Assembly: GCA_043754535.1 (NCBI GenBank)
Contig: JAYUUN010000105.1
Coordinates: forward strand, 1 to 64,000
Reading direction: 5' to 3'
DNA from: Chloroflexota bacterium
GTDB taxonomy: Bacteria; Chloroflexota; Chloroflexia; QHBQ01
Length of the DNA stretch: 64,000 nucleotides
In this document: piece after piece, positions 9,746 to 19,424 of the stretch
How the letters are laid out: every line of letters starts with the position of its first letter
Position numbering within the stretch: the stretch's first letter is position 1
Notes under the pieces: model-generated
Told to the model about the DNA's origin: nothing
What the model saw: only the letters and a program-made list of their open reading frames with translations
Database searches by the model: none
Translations under genes and position numbers: made by a program

Positions 9746-11839
9746 ATGTACCAGAATATCAAAGCCGAGTTGATCGCCGACCTGCACCACGCCATTGCTG
9801 CTGTGGGCCTGACTCCCCCTGCCACCCTCGATCTCAAGTATCTATCGGGGGCATTGAGCGGCACCTGGGGCTATGCCAGTTCGGTCAGCTTCCAACTGGG
9901 CAAGGGGGCAAAGCTCAACCCCGTAGCGGTGGCCGAGCTTGTCGCTGCCCAACTGCCCGCCCGCGAGGGGATCGATCACGTGGAGACGGTCAAGGGCTAC
10001 ATCAACTTCTATCTGGATAGCAACTGGTTTGCCAACCAGGTGGTCAACACTGTGCTACGCGATGGGGCGAACTATGGGCAGGCTGCCCCAGTCGGGTTGC
10101 GGGTGATGATCGAGTTTTCGCAGCCCAACACCCACAAAGCCTTCCACGTCGGCCACCTGCGGAACGCCTGCCTGGGCAGCACGGTGGTCAATGTTCTGCG
10201 GAAGGCTGGCTACGAGGTGATCGGCGCGAACTACATTGGTGACAGTGGCGCGCACGTGATCAAGTGCCTCTGGTGCTACCTGCGCTTCCACAACGGTCAG
10301 GAGCCAGAGAGCGGCAAGGGTATCTGGCTTAATCGCGTCTACTCCGAAGGCAACGCCCGCCTGGAGTACCGCAATGAGGTGCTGAGTCAGGTGCGCGACT
10401 GGGTGCAGGAGGACGCGGCGGCCACTGCTACCGCCACTGCCTACCTCGGCAACAGCCCTAGCCCCGATGCAGCCTACCTGGGCGCAGCACTGCTGAGCAA
10501 GGACGGCCCCGACTACAAGGCTTTCAGCGACCATGAGCTGATCCAGGACCTGTTCGACCGCCTGAGCGCAGACCGCCCCAGCAGCTTGACCGCCAACCGC
10601 GACTGGTGGGCGCAGGTTCCTGGCTGGGTGGCAGAGCAACGCGCCCTCTGGCAGCGGTGGGAGGGGCAAGACCCAGAGTTGCTACAACTCTGGCGCGCCA
10701 CCCGTGATTGGAGTATGGAGGAGTTCTACCACATCTATGAGCAACTGAACATCAAGTTCGATGCCTGGTTCTTTGAGAGTGAGGTAGAGGAGGAGGGTAA
10801 GCTGCTGGTCGCCGAGTTGGTGCGCCGTGGCCTGGCCCACGATGAGCGGCCAGTTGGCCCTGTCTACGTCAAGCTAGACGATGCTATCCGTGCTGACCCC
10901 GAACTGAGCCAGAAGTATGCGAAGCAGCTTGCGGGCAGCAATCCCGACGGCAGTGCGAAGGAGGTGTGGCGCACCCTGGTGCTGCTCCGCAAAGACGGCA
11001 GTTCGCTGTATGGCAGCAAAGACCTCGCCCTCGCTCGCCTCAAGCTGACCGATTACCACGCCGACCGCCTGGTATACGTGGTTGACGTACGCCAGTCGCT
11101 CTATATGCAGCAAGTCTACAAGCTACTTGAACTGTTGCGCCTTGGTGATGAGGACAAGTTTCAGCATCTTAGCTACGAGATGGTCACGCTACCGGGCGGC
11201 GCAATGTCCAGCCGTAAGGGTAACGCGATTTTCTACGAGGAGCTAGCTAGTGGCGCGGTGGAGAAGGCACTGGCGGTGGTCAACGAGAAGAACCCCGACC
11301 TAAGCGATGAGTTGAAGCAGGAGATCGCCACTCAAGTTGCCTTTGGTGCAATCCGCTTCGAGATGTTGAGTAAGGACAACAACCGGGTGTTGGTCTTCGA
11401 CTGGGAGCGCGCCCTCAACTTCGAGGGCCAGTCTGCCCCATACATCCAGTACCAGCACGCCCGCGCCTGCTCTGTCCTCCGCAAGGCAGAGCGGGAGGGG
11501 TTGGCGGCCCCACAAGCAGGCGGCAGCTTCCAGTTCACCGACCTGACGAAGGAGGAGACCGCCCTGCTGGAACTGATCGCCCGCTACCCCGACGAGTTGC
11601 AGCGCGCCGCCGAGCAGTACCGCCCGATCAGCATGACCAGCTATCTGTTCGAGTTGGCCGATGCCTTCTCTACCTTCTATGACAAATGTCCAATTCTCAA
11701 GTCGGCACCGCAGCTACAGGCCGCCCGCCTCGCCCTGACCCAGGCCACCCGCCAGACCATCGCCAATGCCCTCGCCGACGTAGGTGTAGCGGCACCGAAG
11801 CAGATGTTAGCTGCCTACCGGTCAGCAAAAGGGACGTGA
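9746..11839 (+). CDS. argS: Arginine--tRNA ligase
   Basis: IEFSQPNTHKAFHVGHLRN (HIGH motif), MSSRKG, YIQYQHARACS; AGGAG RBS before ATG 9746. Confidence 0.95.
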   Translation: MYQNIKAELIADLHHAIAAVGLTPPATLDLKYLSGALSGTWGYASSVSFQLGKGAKLNPVAVAELVAAQLPAREGIDHVETVKGYINFYLDSNWFANQVVNTVLRDGANYGQAAPVGLRVMIEFSQPNTHKAFHVGHLRNACLGSTVVNVLRKAGYEVIGANYIGDSGAHVIKCLWCYLRFHNGQEPESGKGIWLNRVYSEGNARLEYRNEVLSQVRDWVQEDAAATATATAYLGNSPSPDAAYLGAALLSKDGPDYKAFSDHELIQDLFDRLSADRPSSLTANRDWWAQVPGWVAEQRALWQRWEGQDPELLQLWRATRDWSMEEFYHIYEQLNIKFDAWFFESEVEEEGKLLVAELVRRGLAHDERPVGPVYVKLDDAIRADPELSQKYAKQLAGSNPDGSAKEVWRTLVLLRKDGSSLYGSKDLALARLKLTDYHADRLVYVVDVRQSLYMQQVYKLLELLRLGDEDKFQHLSYEMVTLPGGAMSSRKGNAIFYEELASGAVEKALAVVNEKNPDLSDELKQEIATQVAFGAIRFEMLSKDNNRVLVFDWERALNFEGQSAPYIQYQHARACSVLRKAEREGLAAPQAGGSFQFTDLTKEETALLELIARYPDELQRAAEQYRPISMTSYLFELADAFSTFYDKCPILKSAPQLQAARLALTQATRQTIANALADVGVAAPKQMLAAYRSAKGT

Positions 11840-11862
11840 TCCGCAAGGGTCACGTCCCTCCT
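11827..11862. terminator. Intrinsic terminator between convergent argS and fasciclin genes
   Basis: Hairpin GGGACGTGATCC-GCAA-GGGTCACGTCCC with A4 on the left (a U-tract on the minus strand). Confidence 0.75.
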
Positions 11863-11882
11863 TATTCTGGTCGCCAAATGGG

Positions 11883-12287
11883 TTACTTAGGCAGGATTAC
11901 GCTATCGATCACGTGGATTACGCCATTGTCGCATACGATATCGGTCTGCACGACTTTGGCATTGTCTACCTTCACGCCGCCAGAACTCACATCAATGGTC
12001 ACTTCGCTGCCCTCGACCGTCTTGGCCGAGTGGAGCTTGACCACATCGGCGGCCATTACCTTGCCCGCAACGACGTGGTAGGTGAGAATCTTGGTCAACT
12101 GGGGAATGTTGCCGAGCAGGCTCTCAACCGTGCCAGCCGGGAGCTTGGCAAAAGCCTCGTCGGTCGGGGCGAAGACGGTGAAGGGGCCAGCACTCTTGAG
12201 CGTGTCGACCAGGCCAGCAGCCTGAACGGCAGCCACCAGGGTCTTGAACGAACCAGCCGCTACAGCGGTATCTACAATATTAGCCAC
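11883..12287 (-). CDS. Fasciclin (FAS1) domain protein
   Basis: [35 protein letters not shown]. Confidence 0.95.
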   Translation of the reverse strand: MANIVDTAVAAGSFKTLVAAVQAAGLVDTLKSAGPFTVFAPTDEAFAKLPAGTVESLLGNIPQLTKILTYHVVAGKVMAADVVKLHSAKTVEGSEVTIDVSSGGVKVDNAKVVQTDIVCDNGVIHVIDSVILPK

Positions 12288-12487
12288 GGTCGTGATCTCC
12301 TTATATGTGAGAACTGCTTCTGTTATTCAGTGTTCGCACCCGCGAACCTGGAGCAATGATACCAACCAACCTCATGACCTGTCAATAGTATGCACATGGT
12401 TTGTCCACACTCTAACACATTGTTAACAATGTCATGTTTGCAGAGTGCGAGTTCGCAAAATCAGATGAAGATCGGCATTAAAACCCC

Positions 12488-12516
12488 TTGCGCTTTCGCA
12501 TAAACTATGCTATAAT
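12488..12516 (+). promoter_or_regulatory. Sigma70-type promoter
   Basis: TTGCGC-17 bp-TATAAT with an extended TG. Confidence 0.6.
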
Positions 12517-12522
12517 CTTGAT

Positions 12523-12678
12523 TGTACGCAAGGCACAACGAACCCGGTCTCGTACACGACGGCATTCCACCACTTCCAGGTCGGCGTGTACCTGACCACC
12601 CTGCATCATACACATCTCTCCTCTCCGCATCTCGCGTTACGATGGCCCTCGGCAGCAATGCCGGGGGTCCTCGTTTTG
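12523..12678 (+). ncRNA. Candidate small RNA or structured leader (family not recognised)
   Basis: Lies between the promoter and a GCAA-loop hairpin followed by TTTT; internal stem GGTC..GTACACG/CGTGTAC..GACC; CU-rich linker. Confidence 0.4.
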
Positions 12679-12783
12679 CATCAATCCACTGGTGCTGCCC
12701 ACCTCTCACTTCCATGTTGCGGCCAACTTAGTGTATAATGTAACAAACTATGATGGGCTATGGGCATGGATTAGGAGAAAACG

Positions 12784-15084
12784 ATGGCAGCGACGAATGG
12801 TGGCAGCAAGCAGTTGACGACCCGGCTGGCAATGTGGAGTGCGCGGCACGGTTGGCCGGTGATTGTCGTCTGGCTGGTGGTGGTCACCGCTCTAGTGGCG
12901 GGTGGTCTGCTTGGCTTGGGGACGCGTACCCGCGACCTGACCGATGCAGGTGAGGCCCGCACCGAGGCAGCACGCGGCAATGCGGCCTTGCAGGCTGGTG
13001 GCATAGTGCAGCCCGAAACGCTGCTGGTCGTCGTCAGCCACCCGACCCTTAAGGTGACAGATGCCGAGTACAAGGCGACAGTGCTGGATGTGGCCGCCCG
13101 CCTGAGCCAGACTAGCTACAGTGCAGCGGGCAGCAAGCCACAACCTGCCTTCTCTGCGGTCTACAACTACTACGCCGTGCCTAACCCCCAGTTCGTCTCC
13201 GCCGACCAGAGCAGCACCCAGGTGGTTGCCCCGCTGAGTGGCGACCAAGCGGCGGTGAAGGCGCAGGCGTTGGCGGGGCGGGCAGCAGTGGCCGCAGCCC
13301 GCCAGGCACACCCTGCCTACCAGATTTACAGCTACAGCGGGGTGTTGGCAGACGCAGAGTTCTCCGAGCTACTGAGCAGTGACCTGGAGAGTTCGCTCAA
13401 GTTCACCCTGCCGCTCACCCTGATCATCCTGCTGATCGCCTTCGGGGCGGTGGTTGCTGCCCTGGTGCCTATCGTGATGGCGATGCTGACCCTGGCGACG
13501 ACCTTCAGCGTCATGGCGATCTACAGCCACCTGGTCGCTAAGATCGACCTGACGGTGGGCCACGTGGTGGTGATGATCGGGCTGGCAGTGGGTATTGACT
13601 ATTCGCTGTTCATCATCACGCGCTACCGCAGCGAACGGCGCAGGCTGGGCGACAAGTTCGCGGCCCTCGAAGTTGCCAGCGGTACAGCAGGCCGAGCAGT
13701 GTTCTTCAGCGGCCTGACAGTGATGATCTCTCTAGCAGGGTTGCTGGCAGTGCCAAGCCCCAGCTTCAGCACAATTGCGATCGGCGCGATCACCGTCGTT
13801 GCTGTCTCGATTCTCGCCAGCCTCACCTTTCTGCCTGCGCTGCTCAGCGTGCTGGGGCGTGGCATTGATGGTGGGCGCATCCCTTACTTTGGCCGCGAAC
13901 GCGAGGAAGGCAGTGGGCTGTGGGGCCAGATCGTGCGTAGCGTGGTAGCTCGCCCTATCTTCTTCGCCGTCAGCGTGACGGTGCTGCTGCTCGCTCTCAG
14001 TACTCCTCTGCTCCACATCCGCCTAGGTTCTGCCGACCAGAACGTGGAGGCTCTGCCGCCCAGCCTCGAAGTCCGCAAGGCCGCCGACATCTTGCAGGCC
14101 AAGTGGCCGCAGGGGACGACCCTCACCCTCGACCTTATAGTGCAGGCTAATGCCCCCCAGCGGGCGGATGTGCAGGCAGCCACCCGCAAGCTGGATGACG
14201 CAGTGGGGGCATTGCTGCGCGAAAAGGGGGTAGAGACTGCTGCCCCTGACGGTAGGGTGCGCTCAGTTAGCTACACCCTGCCCGGCGACTCGAACAGCCA
14301 GAGCAACTGGAATCTGGTGCGTCAGGTGCGCCACGAGCTTGTGCCAGCCGCCTTCGCAGGCGTGCCGGGGGTGAACGTCTACGTGGCGGGCGAGGCAGCG
14401 GGGTCGCTCGACGCGACAGAGCAGTACACCAGCGTGCTGCCGCTAGTTTTCAGCTTCGTGCTAGGCCTCAGCTTCATCCTGTTGCTGGTGGCCTTCCGTT
14501 CGCTGGTGATCCCGATCAAGGCGATCCTGCTCAATCTGCTCTCCGCCGGGGCGACCTATGGGCTGATCATCCTCATCTTCCAGGACGGTTTGTTCAAGGA
14601 ACAACTGGGGGTCACATCCACCGGGGTGATCGCTGGCTGGCTACCGATCTTCCTGTTCGCTATCGTCTTCGGCCTCTCGATGGATTACCACCTCTTTGTG
14701 CTGACCCGCATCAAAGAGGAGCGGGATCGCGGCTACTCCTCTAACGAAGCGGTGGAGCGGGGCATCAGCGCGACCAGCGGTACGGTGACGAACGCGGCGG
14801 CGATCATGGTAGTTGTGTTCGCGGTGTTCGCCACCCTGCAACTGCTAGCGGTCAAGCAACTAGGCCTGGGGCTGGCAGTTGCCGTCTTCATTGACGCGAC
14901 GATCATCCGCTCTGTGCTGCTGCCTGCCACCATGCGGCTGCTGGGCGACTGGAACTGGTGGCTACCGACATGGCTGGGCTGGCTGCCGCGTATCACCATC
15001 GAAGGCGGCGAAGCCAAGCCACTGCCGCCAGTAGAGGGGCCAGCGAAAAAGTTGGTGGAGGCGGAGGCTCACTTAGTGGGCTGA
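12784..15084 (+). CDS. MMPL/RND family transporter
   Basis: Two TM clusters with GLAVGIDYSLF and FGLSMDYHLF; AGGAG RBS. Confidence 0.93.
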   Translation: MAATNGGSKQLTTRLAMWSARHGWPVIVVWLVVVTALVAGGLLGLGTRTRDLTDAGEARTEAARGNAALQAGGIVQPETLLVVVSHPTLKVTDAEYKATVLDVAARLSQTSYSAAGSKPQPAFSAVYNYYAVPNPQFVSADQSSTQVVAPLSGDQAAVKAQALAGRAAVAAARQAHPAYQIYSYSGVLADAEFSELLSSDLESSLKFTLPLTLIILLIAFGAVVAALVPIVMAMLTLATTFSVMAIYSHLVAKIDLTVGHVVVMIGLAVGIDYSLFIITRYRSERRRLGDKFAALEVASGTAGRAVFFSGLTVMISLAGLLAVPSPSFSTIAIGAITVVAVSILASLTFLPALLSVLGRGIDGGRIPYFGREREEGSGLWGQIVRSVVARPIFFAVSVTVLLLALSTPLLHIRLGSADQNVEALPPSLEVRKAADILQAKWPQGTTLTLDLIVQANAPQRADVQAATRKLDDAVGALLREKGVETAAPDGRVRSVSYTLPGDSNSQSNWNLVRQVRHELVPAAFAGVPGVNVYVAGEAAGSLDATEQYTSVLPLVFSFVLGLSFILLLVAFRSLVIPIKAILLNLLSAGATYGLIILIFQDGLFKEQLGVTSTGVIAGWLPIFLFAIVFGLSMDYHLFVLTRIKEERDRGYSSNEAVERGISATSGTVTNAAAIMVVVFAVFATLQLLAVKQLGLGLAVAVFIDATIIRSVLLPATMRLLGDWNWWLPTWLGWLPRITIEGGEAKPLPPVEGPAKKLVEAEAHLVG

Positions 15085-15584
15085 AGGTGGCGGAAGCCGA
15101 GGCTTTGCAGGTCAACCCTACCGTTGATCTGCCAATAACCCACCTCGCGGAAGCCGTAGTCCAGTAGGGCGGGCAACTGCGCGGTTTGCTGCCAGGTGAG
15201 GCGGGCAATATTCGCCTTGCGGATGCGTGGCTGGCCTATCCCACCGTTGAGTTCGGGGCGGTAGGCTGCCTCGATCTGCACCGTCAGCAGGCAATCCCGT
15301 ACTGGTAGCCAGACCCATACTCCGACAGCACGCACCAGGATGATCTGCTGGGTGTCGGGGCTGAGGTCCACCCAACGCAATAGGCGCAGGAGGTTGTGGC
15401 CCGGCACGCTTTGCTCCATGCCGTAGCGGGCCGAGTCTAGCTGCCGTCCTGCGATCAGCCAGTCCAGTCCAGGTTGCACCTGCTGCTTGAGCAGCAGGTG
15501 CGCGGCCTGCTCTGCTTCCTCATCGCCAGGCACAAGGTGGAGCCGGTTGCTGCCACCCAGTCGGTTTGCATTATGCCAATTCAT
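15069..15584 (-). CDS. Hypothetical protein
   Basis: ORF with a GAGGAG RBS before ATG 15584; no family recognised. Confidence 0.5.
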   Translation of the reverse strand: MNWHNANRLGGSNRLHLVPGDEEAEQAAHLLLKQQVQPGLDWLIAGRQLDSARYGMEQSVPGHNLLRLLRWVDLSPDTQQIILVRAVGVWVWLPVRDCLLTVQIEAAYRPELNGGIGQPRIRKANIARLTWQQTAQLPALLDYGFREVGYWQINGRVDLQSLGFRHLQPTK

Positions 15585-15689
15585 TTCCCGCTCTCCTCGC
15601 CAACAACGCGCTTTGCCGCGCCCTGTCGCTTGCTCCCCTACATGGATTATAGCAGAAAAGCACAGGCTTATGGGCAAACTGTGCCACAA

Positions 15690-16922
15690 TTAGAAAGTAG
15701 ATACCCTGTTGCAATTGCTGCAATGGCGGTCACAGAAGGTGTGGTAAGGTCTTGGTAAGGATGATTCGGACGTGTGACCTACTTTGGCTAGTAGCAGGCG
15801 GGCTGCCGCGTGGACGGCTACCGGTTCGAGCGTAGTCAGGCACTCGCGGTCGGGGCAGCCGTCGCGCAGCCCAACCACCCACTCGCGGTAGAGGCAAGGG
15901 CTGCAAGCCAGGCTCTGGCGGATCACTGCGTTGCCGCCGCTATACATAGCCCGCCAGTCGTCCGCCGTGCCAGTCAGCGCGTCGAACTGCACCGCCGTGC
16001 CGCCCGCGTACGGCCCCCAGGCCCGTTCGTTGCTCGGCCCATAGATGCCCAGCACTGCTACCCCAGCCGTCGCCGCCACGTGCAGCGGCCCACTGTCGCT
16101 GCCCACGTAGAGGTCGCAGTGGCGCAGCACCGCCGCCAACTCGCTGACGGTCGTCTGCTCTACCAGGTTGAGTAGCCGCCCCGCTCCGTTCGCAGCCAGG
16201 GCAGAGACCAACTGCCTGGCGAACTCGCGCACGTCGGCCCCACCAACGAGGATGATCGCCGCGCCCTCTGCTTGCAACCGCTGCGCCAGTTCGATGAAGG
16301 AGGCTAGCGGCCAGCGGCGAGCGGGCGCGTATGCCCCTGTGCCGAGGTGCATTGCCACACGGGGGCGGTGGTCGGCCAGGGGCGCGAGCAGCAATGCTGC
16401 CTGTGAATCGTCTGCTGCCGCAACCAACAGGCCGCTGGGGCGCGGGCGTGGGTCGGCTCCGACCAGGGCAGCCACCGCCAGCCAGTAGTCAGCTTCGTGC
16501 TGCGCCCCGTAGCCGCGATTGCGAACCCGGCGATTGAGGAACCAGCCGCGCCCGTTATCCAACCCAGCGCGCACCTTCACCCCTGCTGCGAGGGTTAGCA
16601 GGGCGAACTTGGCCGCGCCGAGCACTGTGGTCATGTGCTGCATGATCAGCACCGCATCATAGTGGTTGCGGCGGAGTTGGCGGCTAAACCCCCACTGGGC
16701 CAGCCACTTGCCCGGTTGGAGCAGGTCGCGCGGGCGGTCAAAGGCAGCAATGGCGATCACCTCGTCCACCTGGGGGATGTGGCGGGCAACCTCTACTGAG
16801 CGTGGCGGCACCAGCAAATCCAGGCGGGCAGTAGGGTGCGCCTCGTGCAAGGCGGCCAGGGCGGGGCTGACCAGCAGCAGGTCGCCCAGGTCGCCCAGCT
16901 TGACGATCAGGATGCGCTGCAA
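15690..16922 (-). CDS. Glycosyltransferase family 9 (heptosyltransferase-like)
   Basis: ILIVKLGDLGDLLL, RRWP, DSGPLHVA, GIYGPS. Confidence 0.9.
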   Translation of the reverse strand: MQRILIVKLGDLGDLLLVSPALAALHEAHPTARLDLLVPPRSVEVARHIPQVDEVIAIAAFDRPRDLLQPGKWLAQWGFSRQLRRNHYDAVLIMQHMTTVLGAAKFALLTLAAGVKVRAGLDNGRGWFLNRRVRNRGYGAQHEADYWLAVAALVGADPRPRPSGLLVAAADDSQAALLLAPLADHRPRVAMHLGTGAYAPARRWPLASFIELAQRLQAEGAAIILVGGADVREFARQLVSALAANGAGRLLNLVEQTTVSELAAVLRHCDLYVGSDSGPLHVAATAGVAVLGIYGPSNERAWGPYAGGTAVQFDALTGTADDWRAMYSGGNAVIRQSLACSPCLYREWVVGLRDGCPDRECLTTLEPVAVHAAARLLLAKVGHTSESSLPRPYHTFCDRHCSNCNRVSTF

Positions 16923-17933
16923 CTACTGCCCTCGCTTGCGCCCCAGGCCGCCGAGCAGCGATTGGCTGATCGCCCTGCCCAGCGTAATATTGCCCAGGTC
17001 GCTCTCCAATGCAGCCTGTGCGTCGCTGCGCCCGCTCTTGCGCCATTGGTCGAAGCGATCCCTCGTCTCGTTGAGGCTGGCGAGCAGTTCGCTGCTGGCC
17101 GGGTTGTTGGGCTGGTCGGGGTCAGTCTTGGCGATAATCTCGCGCAAGTCGTAGAGGTCGTTGACGGCGCGATCCAGCCAGGTGAGGATTGCCTGTCGGT
17201 TGCTCACACAGATGTCGCGGTACATGGTAGGGTCACCCCCGGCCAGGCGGCTCATGTCGCGGTAGCCACCCGCCGCCAATCGGCCCATCTCCCCCCAGCC
17301 GTCGCTGGCGGTAGTCACGCTGACCAGGCTGCTAGACATCAGGAAGGGTAGGTGGCTGACGGCGGCCACCGCTATGTCGTGTTCGGCAGGGTCAATGAAC
17401 AGCGGCTTGGCTCCCAACATCCGAGCGAGGGTGGCAACCTGCTCAATCGCCTCCTCACTGGCCGAAAGCGTGGGGCAGAGGGGATAGCTGGCCGCGTCGA
17501 ACAGGTCAGCACGGGCCGCCTCCAGGCTGCCGGTCGCCCCAGCCATCGGGTGGCCGCCGACGAAGTGGACGGTATTGGGCAACAGTTCATCGGCCCAGCG
17601 CAAGACCTGCTGCTTGGTGCTGCCCGTGTCGGTGACTACTGCGCCGCTGCCGAGGACTGGGCCGAGGGCAGCGAACACCTCGCGCATTGCCAGTACTGGG
17701 GTGGCGACGATCACCATGTCGGCGTTCCGCACCGCCGAGCCAAAGTCGCGGCTGATGCTGCCAACTGCGCCCAACTTGACTGCCAGTTGCGCCCGCTCCA
17801 GGTCAGTGTCGTAGCCGATGATCTCGAAGCTGGCCTTACTCCTACGCCCTTCCTCCGAAGCCTGCCAGCGGCGCAAACCCAGCCCTATAGAACCGCCGAT
17901 CAGCCCCAGCCCAATGATCGTAATCTTCGCCAT
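16923..17933 (-). CDS. tyrA: Prephenate/arogenate dehydrogenase
   Basis: IIGLGLIGGS, DTGSTK, FVGGHPMAG, HDIAVAAVSHLP. Confidence 0.9.
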   Translation of the reverse strand: MAKITIIGLGLIGGSIGLGLRRWQASEEGRRSKASFEIIGYDTDLERAQLAVKLGAVGSISRDFGSAVRNADMVIVATPVLAMREVFAALGPVLGSGAVVTDTGSTKQQVLRWADELLPNTVHFVGGHPMAGATGSLEAARADLFDAASYPLCPTLSASEEAIEQVATLARMLGAKPLFIDPAEHDIAVAAVSHLPFLMSSSLVSVTTASDGWGEMGRLAAGGYRDMSRLAGGDPTMYRDICVSNRQAILTWLDRAVNDLYDLREIIAKTDPDQPNNPASSELLASLNETRDRFDQWRKSGRSDAQAALESDLGNITLGRAISQSLLGGLGRKRGQ

Positions 17934-18154
17934 CTTTTACCCTCGCACTGTCGTGATAGAGATTGTAGTTCGCAGCCGCATAGTGGTTCGTACCACTGCT
18001 CTCCTATTATACCATGCCAGCCCCCCGGCAGGTTCGTAGCAGCCGTCCTTCCGCAGCGGCAAAGAAGATATGAGATTTGACGTGGCCGCTCGCTTCCTTT
18101 ATACTGAGCCTGGCTGAAGTTTGTACTGGTGTGCGGAGGGGAGCGCAGCTGGCA

Positions 18155-18805
18155 ATGCGTGGAGCGATAGTACGAGAGCAGAGGGCGAGTCTGCGGCGGG
18201 CGCAGCGTAGGCGTGGCCTGTCGTTCGTGCGCCTGCTGTTGCTGCTGCTACTGCTGGTTGCTGCGGGCTATGCGCTCATCGTCTGGCAGGTCTACCGGGT
18301 GGCCGCTGAGGAGAACGCGCAGGCGGCAGATGTGATCGTCGTTCTCGGCGCAGCCCAGTGGAACGGCCAGCCTTCACCCGTCTTGCAGGCGCGCCTCGAC
18401 CACGCTCTTGCCCTCTACAACACAGGGTTGGCCCAGGCGATTATCACCACTGGCGGGCTGGGCGATGGCGACCGCTACACCGAGGCCGATATCGCTGCTC
18501 GCTATCTGACCCACAGGGGCGTGCCGGTGGAGGAGATTGCCCGCGAGGAGGAGGGCCGCAATACGTGGCAGAGCCTCTCTGCGGTCAGCGGCATCATGCG
18601 CGAGCATGGCTGGCACAGCGCGATCCTAGTCAGTGACCCCTTCCATATGATGCGCTCGGCTAAGATGGCAGGCGACCTGGGTATTACCGCCTACACCTCA
18701 CCCACGCGCACCAGCCCGATCTCTGCCGACCAGGGCTGGGAGGCCCATTACGCTCTGCGCGAAGCTGCTTCCTACATCGCATATCTTTTCTCAATTAAGA
18801 ACTAG
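18155..18805 (+). CDS. YdcF/DUF218 family membrane protein
   Basis: DVIVVLGAA, RLDHA, TGGLG, LVSDPFHMMRS, LREA; start uncertain. Confidence 0.85.
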   Translation: MRGAIVREQRASLRRAQRRRGLSFVRLLLLLLLLVAAGYALIVWQVYRVAAEENAQAADVIVVLGAAQWNGQPSPVLQARLDHALALYNTGLAQAIITTGGLGDGDRYTEADIAARYLTHRGVPVEEIAREEEGRNTWQSLSAVSGIMREHGWHSAILVSDPFHMMRSAKMAGDLGITAYTSPTRTSPISADQGWEAHYALREAASYIAYLFSIKN

Positions 18806-18818
18806 CAGGAGTTTGCTT

Positions 18819-19346
18819 TTGAACGAGCAATCCACGGAGCAGCGCGTTCCCTTCGAGCCGGAGCGTCGCCCCCTCAGCCGCCAACGCATGATCCCCGGCC
18901 TCTCGGCGATCACCTTCATTGGCCTGGCGACCATCGCCGTCTTCTTCTTCCTGGTGACACAGGTTACGCCCCGCTGGGTAGACAACATCAGCCTGTCGAT
19001 CAGCAACTTGAGCGCAACCGCCACCGCAGTGCCAGTACCACTGCTGGCGACTGCCACGCCCCTGCCGCTAGCGACCGACACCCCCGCCCCGCCAACTGCC
19101 ACGCCAGCGGGTAGCAGCGAGTACGTCAAGGTTGCCAACACAGATGGTCAAGGGGTGCGGCTACGGGCGCGACCGCAGCAGTCGGCTCCCCGCGTTACTA
19201 GCCTGCCGGAGGGGACGATCCTCAAGGTGGTCGGCCTTGACCAAACCAACACGGACGCTACCTGGCGCAACGTGCGGACGACTGACGGCTCGAACGACGA
19301 GGGTTGGATTAACACCACCTACCTCGTGGCCTCGCCTGCACCTTGA
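18819..19346 (+). CDS. Membrane-anchored bacterial SH3-domain protein
   Basis: One TM, a P/T linker, then GVRLRARP...WRNVR...EGWINTTYL; AGGAG RBS before TTG. Confidence 0.8.
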   Translation: MNEQSTEQRVPFEPERRPLSRQRMIPGLSAITFIGLATIAVFFFLVTQVTPRWVDNISLSISNLSATATAVPVPLLATATPLPLATDTPAPPTATPAGSSEYVKVANTDGQGVRLRARPQQSAPRVTSLPEGTILKVVGLDQTNTDATWRNVRTTDGSNDEGWINTTYLVASPAP

Positions 19347-19366
19347 GCAGAGTTGGCGGCTGAGGG

Positions 19367-19406
19367 CAAAAAAGGGCGCGTCCGCAATGGACGCGCCCTT
19401 CTTCTT
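19367..19406. terminator. Bidirectional intrinsic terminator
   Basis: AAGGGCGCGTCC-GCAAT-GGACGCGCCCTT flanked by A- and T-rich runs between convergent genes. Confidence 0.85.
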
Positions 19407-19424
19407 GCTTGCGGCTTTGGTGTT

